Of a stretch of 64,000 nucleotides of DNA, positions 18,285-29,400 are shown piece after piece. Below the pieces are notes generated by a model. That model was not told the origin of the DNA and ran no database searches. It saw only the letters and a list, made by a program, of their open reading frames with translations. The stretch comes from a virus. Each line of letters starts with the position of its first letter. Position 1 is the stretch's first letter. The DNA lies in IMG/VR virus record IMGVR_UViG_3300033064_003894, positions 1 to 64,000 of that record. One strand, written 5' to 3'. The translations under genes were made by a program, and so were the position numbers.

Positions 18285-19253
18285 TTACAATATCATTGAT
18301 TTAAAGATTGCGCTAAAATGAGATTCTCCTGAAAGCCTTAGAAGCCTATAGAGCGATTTTCTGTCAGTCTCTGGACTCCACGCGTTCGCATCAATCCTTC
18401 CAGATAAAGCCAATCCTGCGTCGTTAGGATTAAGGTCTTCATCAAAGAACATGTCTATTGTAAACCATGCCATTTCAACCTTAAGTTTGTCAGCTTCAGT
18501 TTTTAGCTCAAGTAGATATGCACCTGTTTCTGCAGTGAACAAATCATACCTGTCACCCCTTGTTGAATCTTTGCCTGGGAATCCCTTATGCGCTTCAAGG
18601 TATATTACGGTTACGGGATGCTTTAGCTGGTAATGTATGGCGTCATTGAACAGCGACAGGCTTCGTGTTGAAAAGCCGCTATCTCCATAATCGTGAGTTC
18701 CTATATGTGTTATCTCTCCGCCTCTAAAGATTTCTCTTTCAATTGCATGTGAGGCGTCGAAAACTGGGCCGCAATCGCTTGATGGCATAGTTAATTTAGA
18801 AGACTCATGCCAAACATCCACTGCTATCTTCTCTGCCGACAAGAACGAATTGAATGAAGAAAGCCAATTAGACGGACGATAGTTACCGAATGTAAAAATG
18901 TGTGTATATACTGCAAACTCATCTGAGAATGCTTTGGCAGCCTTACTTAGTGACGCACGTTCAGTATTGTTAAGTTCCTTTTGTGGGTTGTCATTTGTAA
19001 ATGGTATGTAAGAAACAATGTTTTTAAACCCTAAAGCTTTTGTCTCGGCCAACATATCGTATTGCCAAGGCATGACTTCAGGAACTTTTCCATGAGCCCA
19101 TTTATGAGCCTCATCATAGACCTTGTAATGGAACACAGCATCACCTGCGTTATCACATTTATGAAGCTTAAGCCACGCCTTTGCAGAGCCTGGTATCCAC
19201 TTCTTTGACCCAGTAGGGCCATGAATCCCTAATGATTTGACTAAGTATTTCAT
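18285..19253 (-). CDS. hypothetical protein, possible degenerate TIM-barrel glycosidase fold
   Basis: FTFGNY, HIGTHDY, VIYLE spacing resembles GH-A barrels but lacks the NE motif. Confidence 0.45.
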   Translation of the reverse strand: MKYLVKSLGIHGPTGSKKWIPGSAKAWLKLHKCDNAGDAVFHYKVYDEAHKWAHGKVPEVMPWQYDMLAETKALGFKNIVSYIPFTNDNPQKELNNTERASLSKAAKAFSDEFAVYTHIFTFGNYRPSNWLSSFNSFLSAEKIAVDVWHESSKLTMPSSDCGPVFDASHAIEREIFRGGEITHIGTHDYGDSGFSTRSLSLFNDAIHYQLKHPVTVIYLEAHKGFPGKDSTRGDRYDLFTAETGAYLLELKTEADKLKVEMAWFTIDMFFDEDLNPNDAGLALSGRIDANAWSPETDRKSLYRLLRLSGESHFSAIFKSMIL

Positions 19254-19275
19254 TATTTTGTCACCAACAGAGAGT

Positions 19276-19304
19276 TTGGGGCCAGCCTGTTAGGTAGGCC
19301 CCAA
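19276..19304. terminator. intergenic GC hairpin (terminator or stabiliser)
   Basis: TTGGGGCC...GGCCCCAA inverted repeat; no clear U-tract. Confidence 0.45.
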
Positions 19305-19310
19305 TTAACA

Positions 19311-19586
19311 CTAATTCCCTTTTATTGATATAGGGCCCTTCATCTCTGACGTCTTTTCGTAAAACTCAGACCCTTTGCCATCAAGGATGAACGTAGCACA
19401 AGAAACATGCTCTATCACAGCATCAACGTCTTCTTTGGCAATACACTGTACTGTAGACCTATTTTCTTGAGCTACTAGAGTTTCTGTTAGAAGCTTTATA
19501 TATTGTCTTATTTGCTTTAATGCTGCTTCCTTTTCTTTCTCCTTGTTTACCGATGGAGTTGGCTGAATCTCTTTTGCCATTGTCAT
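19311..19586 (-). CDS. hypothetical protein
   Basis: GAGG SD; overlaps the tail of the HAD ORF. Confidence 0.55.
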   Translation of the reverse strand: MTMAKEIQPTPSVNKEKEKEAALKQIRQYIKLLTETLVAQENRSTVQCIAKEDVDAVIEHVSCATFILDGKGSEFYEKTSEMKGPISIKGN

Positions 19587-19986
19587 TTACTTTATTCCTC
19601 TTTTTGGTTGAACTTTGATCAATCCATGTTTCCGGAGTGGCTCCTGGAGTGCCTACATAATCCATTGCGCTCTTAAAGTTCCCATCAAACCTATAGGCAC
19701 GATCATCTATATAGACATCTGCCCATGGCTTTCTTTCTACTACGCGGATTTCCTTTGGGAATCCGTTCCGTTCAAGCCAGTTGCACATTGCAGGCTTTCC
19801 TAGCTTCGACCCTCCACGAGACGAGAATATTGCCACGTTGAACCCTCTACCAAGTAGTTCTTTGCAAAACTTCTTAGATCCAGGAATTGGAGGACCATCT
19901 ATCTCTTCAGCTACCGAGTAATTGACTGTCTTCATTTTATGAATGACTCCGTCGAAGTCTATAGCAATTGTGTTCTTGTATTTCAT
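19459..19986 (-). CDS. HAD-superfamily phosphatase
   Basis: IAIDFDGVIH (DxD), FSSR, KP.ADVYIDDRA. Confidence 0.85.
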   Translation of the reverse strand: MKYKNTIAIDFDGVIHKMKTVNYSVAEEIDGPPIPGSKKFCKELLGRGFNVAIFSSRGGSKLGKPAMCNWLERNGFPKEIRVVERKPWADVYIDDRAYRFDGNFKSAMDYVGTPGATPETWIDQSSTKKRNKVNDNGKRDSANSIGKQGERKGSSIKANKTIYKASNRNSSSSRK

Positions 19987-20036
19987 CTTATTTGATTATC
20001 GTTTAAAGTTTGCCACTATGGTAAAATTATACCAAA

Positions 20037-23000
20037 ATGGCCTGGACAGACATAGCCTTTCCGTCTGATCTCCCTGATCAGTGGGAATTTGCAACAGATG
20101 GTGCATCCTCTGTACAGACAGCTGATCAGCATGTTAGAGCAGTTTACATCAATCCTGACGCAGATTCAACAAATTTATCGAATTATCTTTTAGTCGACGG
20201 GTTAGATTTATCTACGAATGGAGGATTCACGTCTTACGTGCTTGGGCCCCCTGTGTCTTTTACAGACTGGACGTTAGCAGCCATAGCAACTTCTACTGTA
20301 TCAGTAGACCTAAACGGATATGCAGGTAAAAATTACTGCTCATTCGTTATAGACGCTAGCAACAATGAGGCATCAATTTCACACTCTATTTCTGGCGCGA
20401 CTGATAGGAAACACTACGTTATTAGTTTTGTGGCTAATGTTGACAATGCTGGCTCTCCTGGCTCGCGCCCAACACTGTCTCTTGAGTGCCCTTCTATTCG
20501 TGGTGGGTCGAACGATAACATTGATATTGAGATTACGTCAACTAGCAACTTTAGATATGCTGCCAATTTCTTTTCTCGTTCTGTCGCAGACGTTAAGATA
20601 AAGACATCTATTAACTGCACTAGTAGCACAATAAATATAACAGATGTAGAAATGTATGAATGCTCTCCTGTAGGTGTTTATATAAAGGATTACACGGATA
20701 GGGTTTTTCTTAGAACACAAGATGGGGTACTAGAGCCAAACAAGTTCTATTTCCTTGAGTGGGAGGTTATACCAAGAACTGCTGGAGATATTGACGAACA
20801 GGAATATGAATTCACATCAGTTGACTTCTATAATGGTATTGATGATTCAGGAGAGCGCTTGTCTATTGAGGCGTTACGGACGCCAGGCAAGAAAAGCGGA
20901 CGGTTTAAAGCTACTGTAGGACCTCTTGGAGCGAATGGGAAGATAAAGTTTTCCATATCAGATGTAACTGGATCTTCTGCTGGAAACGCATGCATAGGAT
21001 CTTTAAAAATAAAGAAAGTTCTAGCACCTTCTTCTTATTACGATCCTCAGTCGCAAAACCCAAACAACGTAAGGACTGCAAGAAGGGGGCTTCAAAAGCT
21101 TGGAGAGTATGAGATACCTAATCAGTCTTTCGCTACTCCGATAGCTTGGGCTCAAGACCATAAAGTCTTTGTAAGCGGTAATGATCCAGGTACAGTTTCT
21201 GCCTATCGCTTCTATGTAGGGAAAAACACTCCTGGAGGATCAGAGAGGCTTGAACCATTCTCTTCTGATATATCTAGTATTGCCGGATCAGCTTTAGGTA
21301 GCGGCATGCTTTCTGGAAGCATATCTGAGGTGTCAGTTCTACCAAGAGACTACATGTCTATAGAGGACGCAGCAGAGGCTGCGGTTCGTCCAACAAACGC
21401 TGTGTGGACTGAATACGGAACATCTGAGAATTTGATTGTAAACGGGTCATTTGAGGACTCAAATATTGAGGTAACATCTTCTGCTCTTTACCACAAGTGG
21501 TCTGTAACCTCAACCCTTGATCCATATGTAAATATATCTGACAACTATTTCAATGACGCCCTTCCTATTTTAGGGCAAGGGAAAGCTTTAAGACTTACCG
21601 CTTACGAGTCTGGCGCAACCAACGTATTTGGGCTTATATCACAAAAGGCTACTTTGTCAGGAAAGACTTCATACTCTCTAACTGGAGAAACTAGGCATGC
21701 GTTTAGAGGAGTTTATGAATTCTACAGCTCATACCCAGCACTAAGTATGAGCATAAAGGCACCAGATGTTGGAGGCTTTGATTATTATTACGACTATGAG
21801 AACCATACTTGGTCACAGACTACATTTAAATATACGCATTCAATTTATTCATATGGATGGAATGATTTTGAATACCAAATAACAAACCAAATGTCGAGGT
21901 CTTTGGGGTGTATATTTAATTTTAGTGTAACGTCTTCTTATGTAACACAATCTTCTGATATGGAGATATTAGTAGATAACGTTAGGCTGCATAAATCTAA
22001 AGGTCTACACAAGAACGTAATAAACGGTTCTTTCAATAATGGAGTAAAGAGACTTAGAGCTCTACAGGCTGAAAAATTTGAGGGTACATTTGCGCCACCA
22101 TGGATTGTGAGCCCAGGTGTAACTCAAGCAGCATACAATCCAATAGATGGGAGCTACGCTGTAATAGCTCCTGGTGCAGCTGGAGCCGGGCACAACACTA
22201 TGTCTCAAGTTGGCGTTATGGATTTTACGCAAAAATATATTGTCTCTTGCTATGCCAGAAATGAAGACGCCGTAGGGCTATCTAGGAGCTCAATTATTGT
22301 AGAAGGCAAAGCCCCAAGTGGAGATGGAATAATACAGCACTACCTTGGCCCTATTGTTACAAACTCATGGACTTACGTATCTACAATAATAAATGGAAAT
22401 CCTAGAGGGCCCGATAATGAGACTGGCGCATTGGTTGGTAGTTGCCCTATATTTATAACAGAATGCGCTGGGACAAATAATGTGCATATTGATGAGCTTC
22501 ATGTAACAAAATTGGGGGAGCATTACAGCCCTGATCCGTGGGTAATCGATGGCAGGGCTGAGAATATACTTCAGATGCCTCTAATTAATAAATTGATTAA
22601 TTACACATTTAGCGATTCTGTCTCTTATTGGAAGACGTCATCTCAGGCTAGCGGAGAGTGTGACATAATAAATAGAGAGTCTGATACCGGGAACGAAGAT
22701 AATTATTTGTTCTGGGGGAAGGTGGCTACTGCTGGAGCAAACTACAACTTCCAGCTATCCCAGGGAGGAGGAATGGACCCAAACCACGAGTATGTAGCTC
22801 TTGTAAAGGCAAAGGCTTCATCTATTCCTGATCCTGAAAACCCTCCGAGTTTAGACATAGTCGGCCTAAGTGCTTTCGGCGCACTTAACAGTACTGTAAG
22901 CAACTATATAACATTAAGCGATGAGTGGGAAACCTACATCACTGAGTTCATAGGAGCGTTTACCGGATCAGACTATAACACAGATATAGGTAGGTTTATC

Positions 23001-24545
23001 TTGAGAGGAGGAAACAATTTAACGGTTGATCTGGAGGTGTATGTTGACGAGATACATGTATATGAAAAGGAGGTGTATGACAGGGTTAAAAGGTCGCCAG
23101 CATCTTCTAAGAATGCGCACATGATGCTATACAACAACTATACATCTAGCGTATCACAAGAGCTTGGAAAGTTTAAGTTCATGCCTGGTGAGACATACAA
23201 TATTATGTATTCAGCTCACTCGACGCATTCTGAGTATCCTTCCGTTCCTCTATATATATCATTCTACAACAAGACTCAGGACAAGTCGTACATGAGCAAT
23301 AGCGCCTTTATTGGATACGGGTTCAAGCTTAATGTCAACAACACTGATGCGTCTACGGTTATAAAAAACGTTGGATGGCAAAGCGGTGAGCGTTACAACA
23401 GAGTTTTAGTCGAAACGCATAATCAAATAGAAACAAGATATGCCTCTACAGTACAGTACAATAGGCATGAGATCTCTGTAACAATTCCTGAAAGCTTCAA
23501 TGGTTCAGACGACTACAGAATAACATTTGACGGCCATATAGAGGACAACTCTCCTATATATGTTAATTCAACTTTCTCTGGAGATGGTGCTTCTTGGGAT
23601 TGGGCAGTAACAGGAACAGGAGCTACATCCTCTAATGCGACCGCTGGGATTAATGGAGGGTATCTAATTCGTATGAGTCCAGGCGCTGCAGGAAGTGTTA
23701 GTGCAGGACAGACAGTCCTTCCTGGTGCGTCTGATGCACTAGGCACAACACTGTTTAGGGTAATAGTAGACGTGTCTGCGACTGACGGAGCAAATTTAGG
23801 AAGCCTTGTAAACTCTCAAGAGCCTAAATTAGAAATTAGGGCAGGAACATCATACGGGAACACAGCCATTGTAGGTTACTACAACTCTAACACTTTATCA
23901 TACAACGCATATAAGAGCATTGTATTTAATGACGTATACAATAGCGTAGATGGAACTCTTGCAATCGTTACCGCTACAGACACTTCAGGCGACAACATCA
24001 TTTATAATTTATCAAGGGCTCGCGCGTACGAGAGAAGAGATATTGATGTAGATGGAGACTTCACGGTTGGCACAGGATGGTCATTCACGCCAGCTGGGGC
24101 GACTTCTGCTGGCCTTGACCCACTCGGCGGGATAGGTGGCAGTCAGTGCGCTTCAATAACTATAGATGATGATGGAAGCGATTTCGTAATTCAGACAGAT
24201 GTTACAACCTATTCATATACGGCTAGCGCATCATATGTATTAAGCTTCCTTGGCAAGTGTGACAAGGAGGGAGGACTAAGAATAGCGGTCTACGGAGGAG
24301 ATTCCATTGGTTCACAAACTGAAGGATATTATTCATCTGATCTTCTTACAAAAGAATGGAAAGAATACATGATTCCTCACTATGGACAAACAGCTGAGGT
24401 AGGACTTAAAATATCTGCTAAATCTATAACTCCTGGAGTGTCAACACAAATAGACAAAATCAGACTTTACAAGTTCCCATTTACAGCGTCTGACAATACA
24501 TACGAAACAACAGTTCACATTGACAGTGTCGAAATAAAGAAATGA
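20037..24545 (+). CDS. large virion protein with multiple galactose-binding-like/CBM4-9 jelly-roll domains
   Basis: Recurrent NLIVNGSFE/NGSFN/DGDF starts and IDx.x. ends; S/T/G-rich. Confidence 0.7.
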   Translation: MAWTDIAFPSDLPDQWEFATDGASSVQTADQHVRAVYINPDADSTNLSNYLLVDGLDLSTNGGFTSYVLGPPVSFTDWTLAAIATSTVSVDLNGYAGKNYCSFVIDASNNEASISHSISGATDRKHYVISFVANVDNAGSPGSRPTLSLECPSIRGGSNDNIDIEITSTSNFRYAANFFSRSVADVKIKTSINCTSSTINITDVEMYECSPVGVYIKDYTDRVFLRTQDGVLEPNKFYFLEWEVIPRTAGDIDEQEYEFTSVDFYNGIDDSGERLSIEALRTPGKKSGRFKATVGPLGANGKIKFSISDVTGSSAGNACIGSLKIKKVLAPSSYYDPQSQNPNNVRTARRGLQKLGEYEIPNQSFATPIAWAQDHKVFVSGNDPGTVSAYRFYVGKNTPGGSERLEPFSSDISSIAGSALGSGMLSGSISEVSVLPRDYMSIEDAAEAAVRPTNAVWTEYGTSENLIVNGSFEDSNIEVTSSALYHKWSVTSTLDPYVNISDNYFNDALPILGQGKALRLTAYESGATNVFGLISQKATLSGKTSYSLTGETRHAFRGVYEFYSSYPALSMSIKAPDVGGFDYYYDYENHTWSQTTFKYTHSIYSYGWNDFEYQITNQMSRSLGCIFNFSVTSSYVTQSSDMEILVDNVRLHKSKGLHKNVINGSFNNGVKRLRALQAEKFEGTFAPPWIVSPGVTQAAYNPIDGSYAVIAPGAAGAGHNTMSQVGVMDFTQKYIVSCYARNEDAVGLSRSSIIVEGKAPSGDGIIQHYLGPIVTNSWTYVSTIINGNPRGPDNETGALVGSCPIFITECAGTNNVHIDELHVTKLGEHYSPDPWVIDGRAENILQMPLINKLINYTFSDSVSYWKTSSQASGECDIINRESDTGNEDNYLFWGKVATAGANYNFQLSQGGGMDPNHEYVALVKAKASSIPDPENPPSLDIVGLSAFGALNSTVSNYITLSDEWETYITEFIGAFTGSDYNTDIGRFILRGGNNLTVDLEVYVDEIHVYEKEVYDRVKRSPASSKNAHMMLYNNYTSSVSQELGKFKFMPGETYNIMYSAHSTHSEYPSVPLYISFYNKTQDKSYMSNSAFIGYGFKLNVNNTDASTVIKNVGWQSGERYNRVLVETHNQIETRYASTVQYNRHEISVTIPESFNGSDDYRITFDGHIEDNSPIYVNSTFSGDGASWDWAVTGTGATSSNATAGINGGYLIRMSPGAAGSVSAGQTVLPGASDALGTTLFRVIVDVSATDGANLGSLVNSQEPKLEIRAGTSYGNTAIVGYYNSNTLSYNAYKSIVFNDVYNSVDGTLAIVTATDTSGDNIIYNLSRARAYERRDIDVDGDFTVGTGWSFTPAGATSAGLDPLGGIGGSQCASITIDDDGSDFVIQTDVTTYSYTASASYVLSFLGKCDKEGGLRIAVYGGDSIGSQTEGYYSSDLLTKEWKEYMIPHYGQTAEVGLKISAKSITPGVSTQIDKIRLYKFPFTASDNTYETTVHIDSVEIKK

Positions 24546-27211
24546 ACAAGCGCTCTATAAACCTTTCTGGAGAGACTGGGTTCAGTCGCGACCCTGATGA
24601 TAGTTGGGATTTCTCGTCAGACTATGCGGCTGACATTATTTTTTCCGCTAACATGTTTTATGGGACAGGATCTTATGTATTAAAGTCTTCCGGGAATGGG
24701 TCAAACGGTAAAGGAATACAGATAGACTTCGTGTCTATACAGGACACTGGATCGTTTTATAGCATCAGCGCATCTTTCGGGTCATCAGAGACAGGAAGTA
24801 CTCTTTTGTCATTTGTCCCATCTGCTGACATTATTGACAACGGCGATTTTGGTAATGCGTGGGGTGGTGTGTCAGAGAATGCCTTCTCTACTGTACCAGA
24901 CAGCTGGGGCTCATATAATGACTCAGCTAATGCCTATGTAACAGAGTCAACAATACACCCAGACGTAGCTAGAATTTACACAAACGGATCACATTCAGGT
25001 ACAGATACGTTCAGGTTTATACAACCACTTAGGCTTATTCCAAACCGCGTCTATTGGCTATCATACGACGTAGTTGAGAATTATAGTGCCAACGTTGACC
25101 CTTTAACATTATATTTAGGTCCTGGACTTACAGGAAGCGGACACTCTATTGGAACATCTTATTTAACGTTAAGCTGTGACCCAGGTAATCATTCTCTCAC
25201 CTTTTCGTTTGAAACGTACGATGACAGAACCACTCGTTCAATGGATATTGCATTTTACGCTAATGGATCTTATGTTGATGTTGGTATTGGGTCTGTAATA
25301 TTAAGAGAAGCCCATTCAAGTTCTAACCAAATAGTAAAGATTATCCCAGGTGATATTTATTATTCAGGGATATCAAGAAACATCTCTACGTTCTCTAACA
25401 CATCCAGCAATCTTCCTTTAAGCGCTGAGACATCATTCTTCGTATATAGATGGAACAGTGACTATGAGTCGCAATCATTTGATGTAAAAGGTTTTGCAAC
25501 ATCAAGCGCTTTTGAATACTCATCTGTCAGCCAAGCTAGATTCCCTCTTCAGCCGACATCTATAGGTCATGGTAGAAAGATACCATTTTCTCTAGATGGC
25601 TCTAGGCAATATCAAACTACAGTCTCTGGAATAGATACTTCATATCATCATAACTATCCATGTAATATATTCTACATGTTTAATAAGTATGGGCATACGG
25701 TTGAGAACATTGCGCATCCAAGCACTGAATCTATATTGACGATATATGACGAAGGAATATTTGTAGATGAAGACATATGGGGAAATGGCAGTATTGATCC
25801 AAGACTTGCTAAGGTAACAAGCAGCAATGTAGTCGCTGCTAATTACGCTGGAGTCACTAATAGTGTTATAAATTCATTTGGTAGTGTTGACGGTTCAACA
25901 TACGTCGTATTGCATGGATCATCGAACACTGATTCTCAGATGGCCGGTCTGTCAAGCGTTCATGGACATAAGGCATTTACAGTAGCGGCGTGGACAAAAA
26001 TAGATGAAGGTCAGTACTCTCCAACAGACATAGTAAACGATAACAATTGTATACTAAGGATTGGAGACGGAGACTATACATCTGCGTCTCTCGCAGCCGA
26101 ATTCGACGCATCTCCATACAGAACATTTACAGTCTCTGGATATACGAATAAAACAAATGCTCTTTGCTATTCAAGGAAGTGGTTACCGCCAGCAGCTACA
26201 TTTATGTCTGACGCTCCATATGCCTCAGCAAAGGGTACTAGTTCAACAGGGATATGGTTTGGATTAAGTAAAGATCAGTCTGCACCATTTGACGATGCAG
26301 GAATACTGCCAACGCTCTATTTTAACCTATATTCTTCTGACACATATCAAAACTCTCCTCTTAATGGAGGAGCAGCCACAGTTAATGATGAACCATCATG
26401 GACTCTATTTAGGGCTCGATATGGTGGCCTATCTTCTGGAGATGTCCATATGACTCAAAGCTCAAATGAATGGTGGCTTACACTATATTCAGTTAGAGTC
26501 AGCACATCAGACGCGACAAATTTAGATGGATATACACCAGTTGTTGGAGGTCGCTCTATCGAGGGCCTAATGGAGATATATATGTTTAGGGCTCCTGCTA
26601 GTCAAGTGTTCAATTTGGATGGGTCAATAACTTCTTCATCTATTTTTGATATGGAGCTTGGTGACAATAGATTTAGTGGCAGCAAAAATCAACTCTATAC
26701 TATAATAGCTCCACAACAAGATTTAGGTATATCATCTACAGCATCCTCTCTTGGAGGAGATTTACAGATGAGCGGTAGCAATGCAGTTGTTTTAACTTCA
26801 GAGTTTTGGTGCTCTGACATGACGGCGTCAACGGATACTGATTTCAAAAACAGTGATTATTATTCAGGATCATCCTTTTCTATAGGCACAGGCACTGACG
26901 GAAATGGTACGTTCAGCGGATTGATATCATCTGTGTTCTTCATGCCTGATACATACGTAGACCATAATAATATACAAAACTGGCTCAAACAGGTTGGACC
27001 GGGAGGGTTGACTCCTCCAATTCATGCCCCAGCCTCATTCTCAGTAATTGAATCAGGTACATATGGATATTCACTGCATGATGCTGGACATACTACTCTA
27101 TCAAGAAGCGTAATTTCGCAAAAAAATAGATATTTGAATTCTTTCATGCTAGACCAAGAGGCATTAAATATGGATGATTCTATAAGTAGTGGCCCTATTG
27201 GAATAATTTAG
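24542..27211 (+). CDS. large virion protein with CBM-like and LamG/ConA-like domains
   Basis: IIDNGDFG; FTVAAWTK...FSGLISSV; ATGA coupling. Confidence 0.65.
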   Translation: MNKRSINLSGETGFSRDPDDSWDFSSDYAADIIFSANMFYGTGSYVLKSSGNGSNGKGIQIDFVSIQDTGSFYSISASFGSSETGSTLLSFVPSADIIDNGDFGNAWGGVSENAFSTVPDSWGSYNDSANAYVTESTIHPDVARIYTNGSHSGTDTFRFIQPLRLIPNRVYWLSYDVVENYSANVDPLTLYLGPGLTGSGHSIGTSYLTLSCDPGNHSLTFSFETYDDRTTRSMDIAFYANGSYVDVGIGSVILREAHSSSNQIVKIIPGDIYYSGISRNISTFSNTSSNLPLSAETSFFVYRWNSDYESQSFDVKGFATSSAFEYSSVSQARFPLQPTSIGHGRKIPFSLDGSRQYQTTVSGIDTSYHHNYPCNIFYMFNKYGHTVENIAHPSTESILTIYDEGIFVDEDIWGNGSIDPRLAKVTSSNVVAANYAGVTNSVINSFGSVDGSTYVVLHGSSNTDSQMAGLSSVHGHKAFTVAAWTKIDEGQYSPTDIVNDNNCILRIGDGDYTSASLAAEFDASPYRTFTVSGYTNKTNALCYSRKWLPPAATFMSDAPYASAKGTSSTGIWFGLSKDQSAPFDDAGILPTLYFNLYSSDTYQNSPLNGGAATVNDEPSWTLFRARYGGLSSGDVHMTQSSNEWWLTLYSVRVSTSDATNLDGYTPVVGGRSIEGLMEIYMFRAPASQVFNLDGSITSSSIFDMELGDNRFSGSKNQLYTIIAPQQDLGISSTASSLGGDLQMSGSNAVVLTSEFWCSDMTASTDTDFKNSDYYSGSSFSIGTGTDGNGTFSGLISSVFFMPDTYVDHNNIQNWLKQVGPGGLTPPIHAPASFSVIESGTYGYSLHDAGHTTLSRSVISQKNRYLNSFMLDQEALNMDDSISSGPIGII

Positions 27212-27450
27212 CTTCGATGTCTTTTGTACCAGAAGTGAATTGCTATTAGACATATGGATGCAAAAACAATTATCGGAGCAAAAACAACGATAAGAGGAAG
27301 TAGAGTAACTACCCAGCCTTGAGTAAAGTCGGGGTCAGTAAGCTTTCTAGTAACAAGTACAGTCTGAACAAGAATTATTGTAATTGATGATAGGATTACT
27401 GTTCTCTTGAATGCACTAGAATCTTTAAGTCTTCTCCATTTATAGTTCAT
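27208..27450 (-). CDS. small 2-TM membrane protein
   Basis: Two hydrophobic helices; AGGAGG SD. Confidence 0.65.
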   Translation of the reverse strand: MNYKWRRLKDSSAFKRTVILSSITIILVQTVLVTRKLTDPDFTQGWVVTLLPLIVVFAPIIVFASICLIAIHFWYKRHRS

Positions 27451-27820
27451 GTTGTCCTCCTTTTTTTAATGTATTCCATCCAACTAGTCGAGCAAATACA
27501 TGCCATTTGCACTCATCACAAATTAATGACGGAGTCACCTCACCATCTTCTGATATTCTGTGAGGTTGGCCAGGAATCGCACAAACTTCTCCACATTTAT
27601 TACATCCGATAAAAACAATTCCTTGGTGGTCGATCCATTGTCCTCTACCTACAGATGAAACATCTTTTGCCTTGAACGAATAAAAAGTGTATACGACATC
27701 ATTATAATACAATGGTTTGTGATCTGATTTTCTTAACTTAGATTTTTTTATATTTCTTCTTTTAATGAAGTCAACTAAGATTTTCTCAATCTCCATGAAT
27801 ATCCTACAAAAATAGCCCAT
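27440..27820 (-). CDS. Zn-binding protein (CNKCG...TPSLIC..C.WH)
   Basis: Cys/His ligand pattern. Confidence 0.6.
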   Translation of the reverse strand: MGYFCRIFMEIEKILVDFIKRRNIKKSKLRKSDHKPLYYNDVVYTFYSFKAKDVSSVGRGQWIDHQGIVFIGCNKCGEVCAIPGQPHRISEDGEVTPSLICDECKWHVFARLVGWNTLKKGGQHEL

Positions 27821-27822
27821 CG

Positions 27823-28761
27823 TTAAGATGAGCTAATCGTGCTTAGAAACCTTTCTGCCAAGGCAGATACGATTCCTATGAGCCTACCCTTACCAGAGTA
27901 GATTAGTGGCACTCCAGCAGATTTACACGCAGGAGTAATTATTTGTGTTGTTCTGTGAGACAGAAAATTTTCAGATACAACAACCATGTCATATCTTTTG
28001 TTTTTTATCCTCTCACCGTAAGAGTTCATGTTTGAGCAATCACATTCAGCAGTATCTAGGACTTTAACTCCTGTGACGGACTTTACTTTAGCCATCACAT
28101 GATTATCAATCCTGCTACTTATGATCAACATACTCTTACCCTCAGTAATGGCGCGAATCGCAGGAATGTTTTCATTCATTATACCGCAATCAGGAATCTT
28201 AATTTCCACAACAACCTTTGTTCTCTTCTTTTTTACAGGTGTACTCACTACAGCAATCTCTGTAATTTCAGCCTGATTTGCCGTCACCTGCTTTGCAGTT
28301 ACCTCAGAAGCAAGGTCAAGAAGCCGGTCGCTTCCATATTGAGCGATGAACAGAAGGATAACGTCTTCAGGAGATTCAGTTAGAATCCTGTCGACTACAT
28401 CCCAATCATCTTCTTTCTCTGTCTTTGCCTCACCAGGAACTCCTTTATTGACTATTAAGGAGCTCTCCTGCGCGGCAGACAAAACGGATCTTGTTATTCT
28501 TTTTTGTATCGGAGACAGCCCAAACTCTCCATTTAGAGTCTTCCTTTGAATGTGCGCACGGCATGCCCCTTTCTTGAGATTGAATTCGTAAGTCCTTCCA
28601 CAGAAGACGCCAATTCCTACTAGGCACAAGCATCCATTCTTATTTACCTTTCCGTAACGAGCGGCATCGTAGTACAGCTCTCCGTGAGACTTACAGAATG
28701 GGCCTGCAGAAGCCTCTTTCTTACACTCGTGGCCAATTGGCCAACCTATGCAAATGTCCAT
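27823..28761 (-). CDS. protein with N-terminal Cys/His repeats and C-terminal DUF2325-like domain
   Basis: C..C...C..H twice; YDMVVV..NFLSH......ACK.AGVPLIY; AAGGAGG SD. Confidence 0.6.
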   Translation of the reverse strand: MDICIGWPIGHECKKEASAGPFCKSHGELYYDAARYGKVNKNGCLCLVGIGVFCGRTYEFNLKKGACRAHIQRKTLNGEFGLSPIQKRITRSVLSAAQESSLIVNKGVPGEAKTEKEDDWDVVDRILTESPEDVILLFIAQYGSDRLLDLASEVTAKQVTANQAEITEIAVVSTPVKKKRTKVVVEIKIPDCGIMNENIPAIRAITEGKSMLIISSRIDNHVMAKVKSVTGVKVLDTAECDCSNMNSYGERIKNKRYDMVVVSENFLSHRTTQIITPACKSAGVPLIYSGKGRLIGIVSALAERFLSTISSS

Positions 28762-28857
28762 GAATCCTCCTTATTGTTAGATTCGCTAGAGTATTCTAGC
28801 TTATGATTTTATACCGCTAAATGTACTTTTTTGATGGTATAAAACTATGGAGAAAAC

Positions 28858-29130
28858 ATGAAAAAACTTCTACTTCTAATTACACTTCTCTTAGCTTCAT
28901 GCGGAGAAGATTACTCTACCGGGAACTACCGTGGTCAGCATGAAGCTGACGGAGCAGTACTAAGCACAAGGCACCGCATGCAGGCTGTTTATGGAGCAAA
29001 GATTAGTGGTCACAAGATCACCTACTACGATTGGCACAAGGACGGGCAACAGTTCATTCTTACAAGCGACTGGAAATACCACAATTGGGACACAGGCAAA
29101 AAGGTCGACTGGCAAGGCAAAGCGTGGTAA
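28858..29130 (+). CDS. small lipoprotein
   Basis: MKKLLLLITLLLASC lipobox; own promoter and terminator. Confidence 0.8.
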   Translation: MKKLLLLITLLLASCGEDYSTGNYRGQHEADGAVLSTRHRMQAVYGAKISGHKITYYDWHKDGQQFILTSDWKYHNWDTGKKVDWQGKAW

Positions 29131-29171
29131 AAAAAGTAGCCCTCCATTCTTTGTGGCGGGCTACTCTTTTT
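29129..29171. terminator. bidirectional intrinsic terminator
   Basis: A-run, AGTAGCCC...GGGCTACT stem, T-run, between convergent genes. Confidence 0.75.
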
Positions 29172-29388
29172 CTATAATGTGTATAGTTAATGGAAGTCCG
29201 AGAGATGATAATAATTTCTCTAGTTCATTTATGGAAATATCTTTTTTCTTATTTAAACGCTCCCTTAACTCTTTTATCGAAATTCCAAGGCCTTTAGCTA
29301 TGTCACTTTCTGAAAAAGTGTTTTTCTCCATAATACTTTTAACTAAATAATTAATATCCACGTTAACGTTGTTAATGTCTTCTTTCAT
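29161..29388 (-). CDS. Cro/XRE-type HTH protein
   Basis: SESDIAKGLGISIKELRERLN....SINELEKLLSSLG; start set at ATG 29388, just 3' of the tRNA. Confidence 0.7.
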   Translation of the reverse strand: MKEDINNVNVDINYLVKSIMEKNTFSESDIAKGLGISIKELRERLNKKKDISINELEKLLSSLGLPLTIHIIEKE

Positions 29389-29400
29389 GGCTTTCCCGAA

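Noticed and set aside
27208-27450. Holin call for the 2-TM protein
   Set aside because: Not adjacent to a lysin and lies in an early-class unit; topology alone is insufficient
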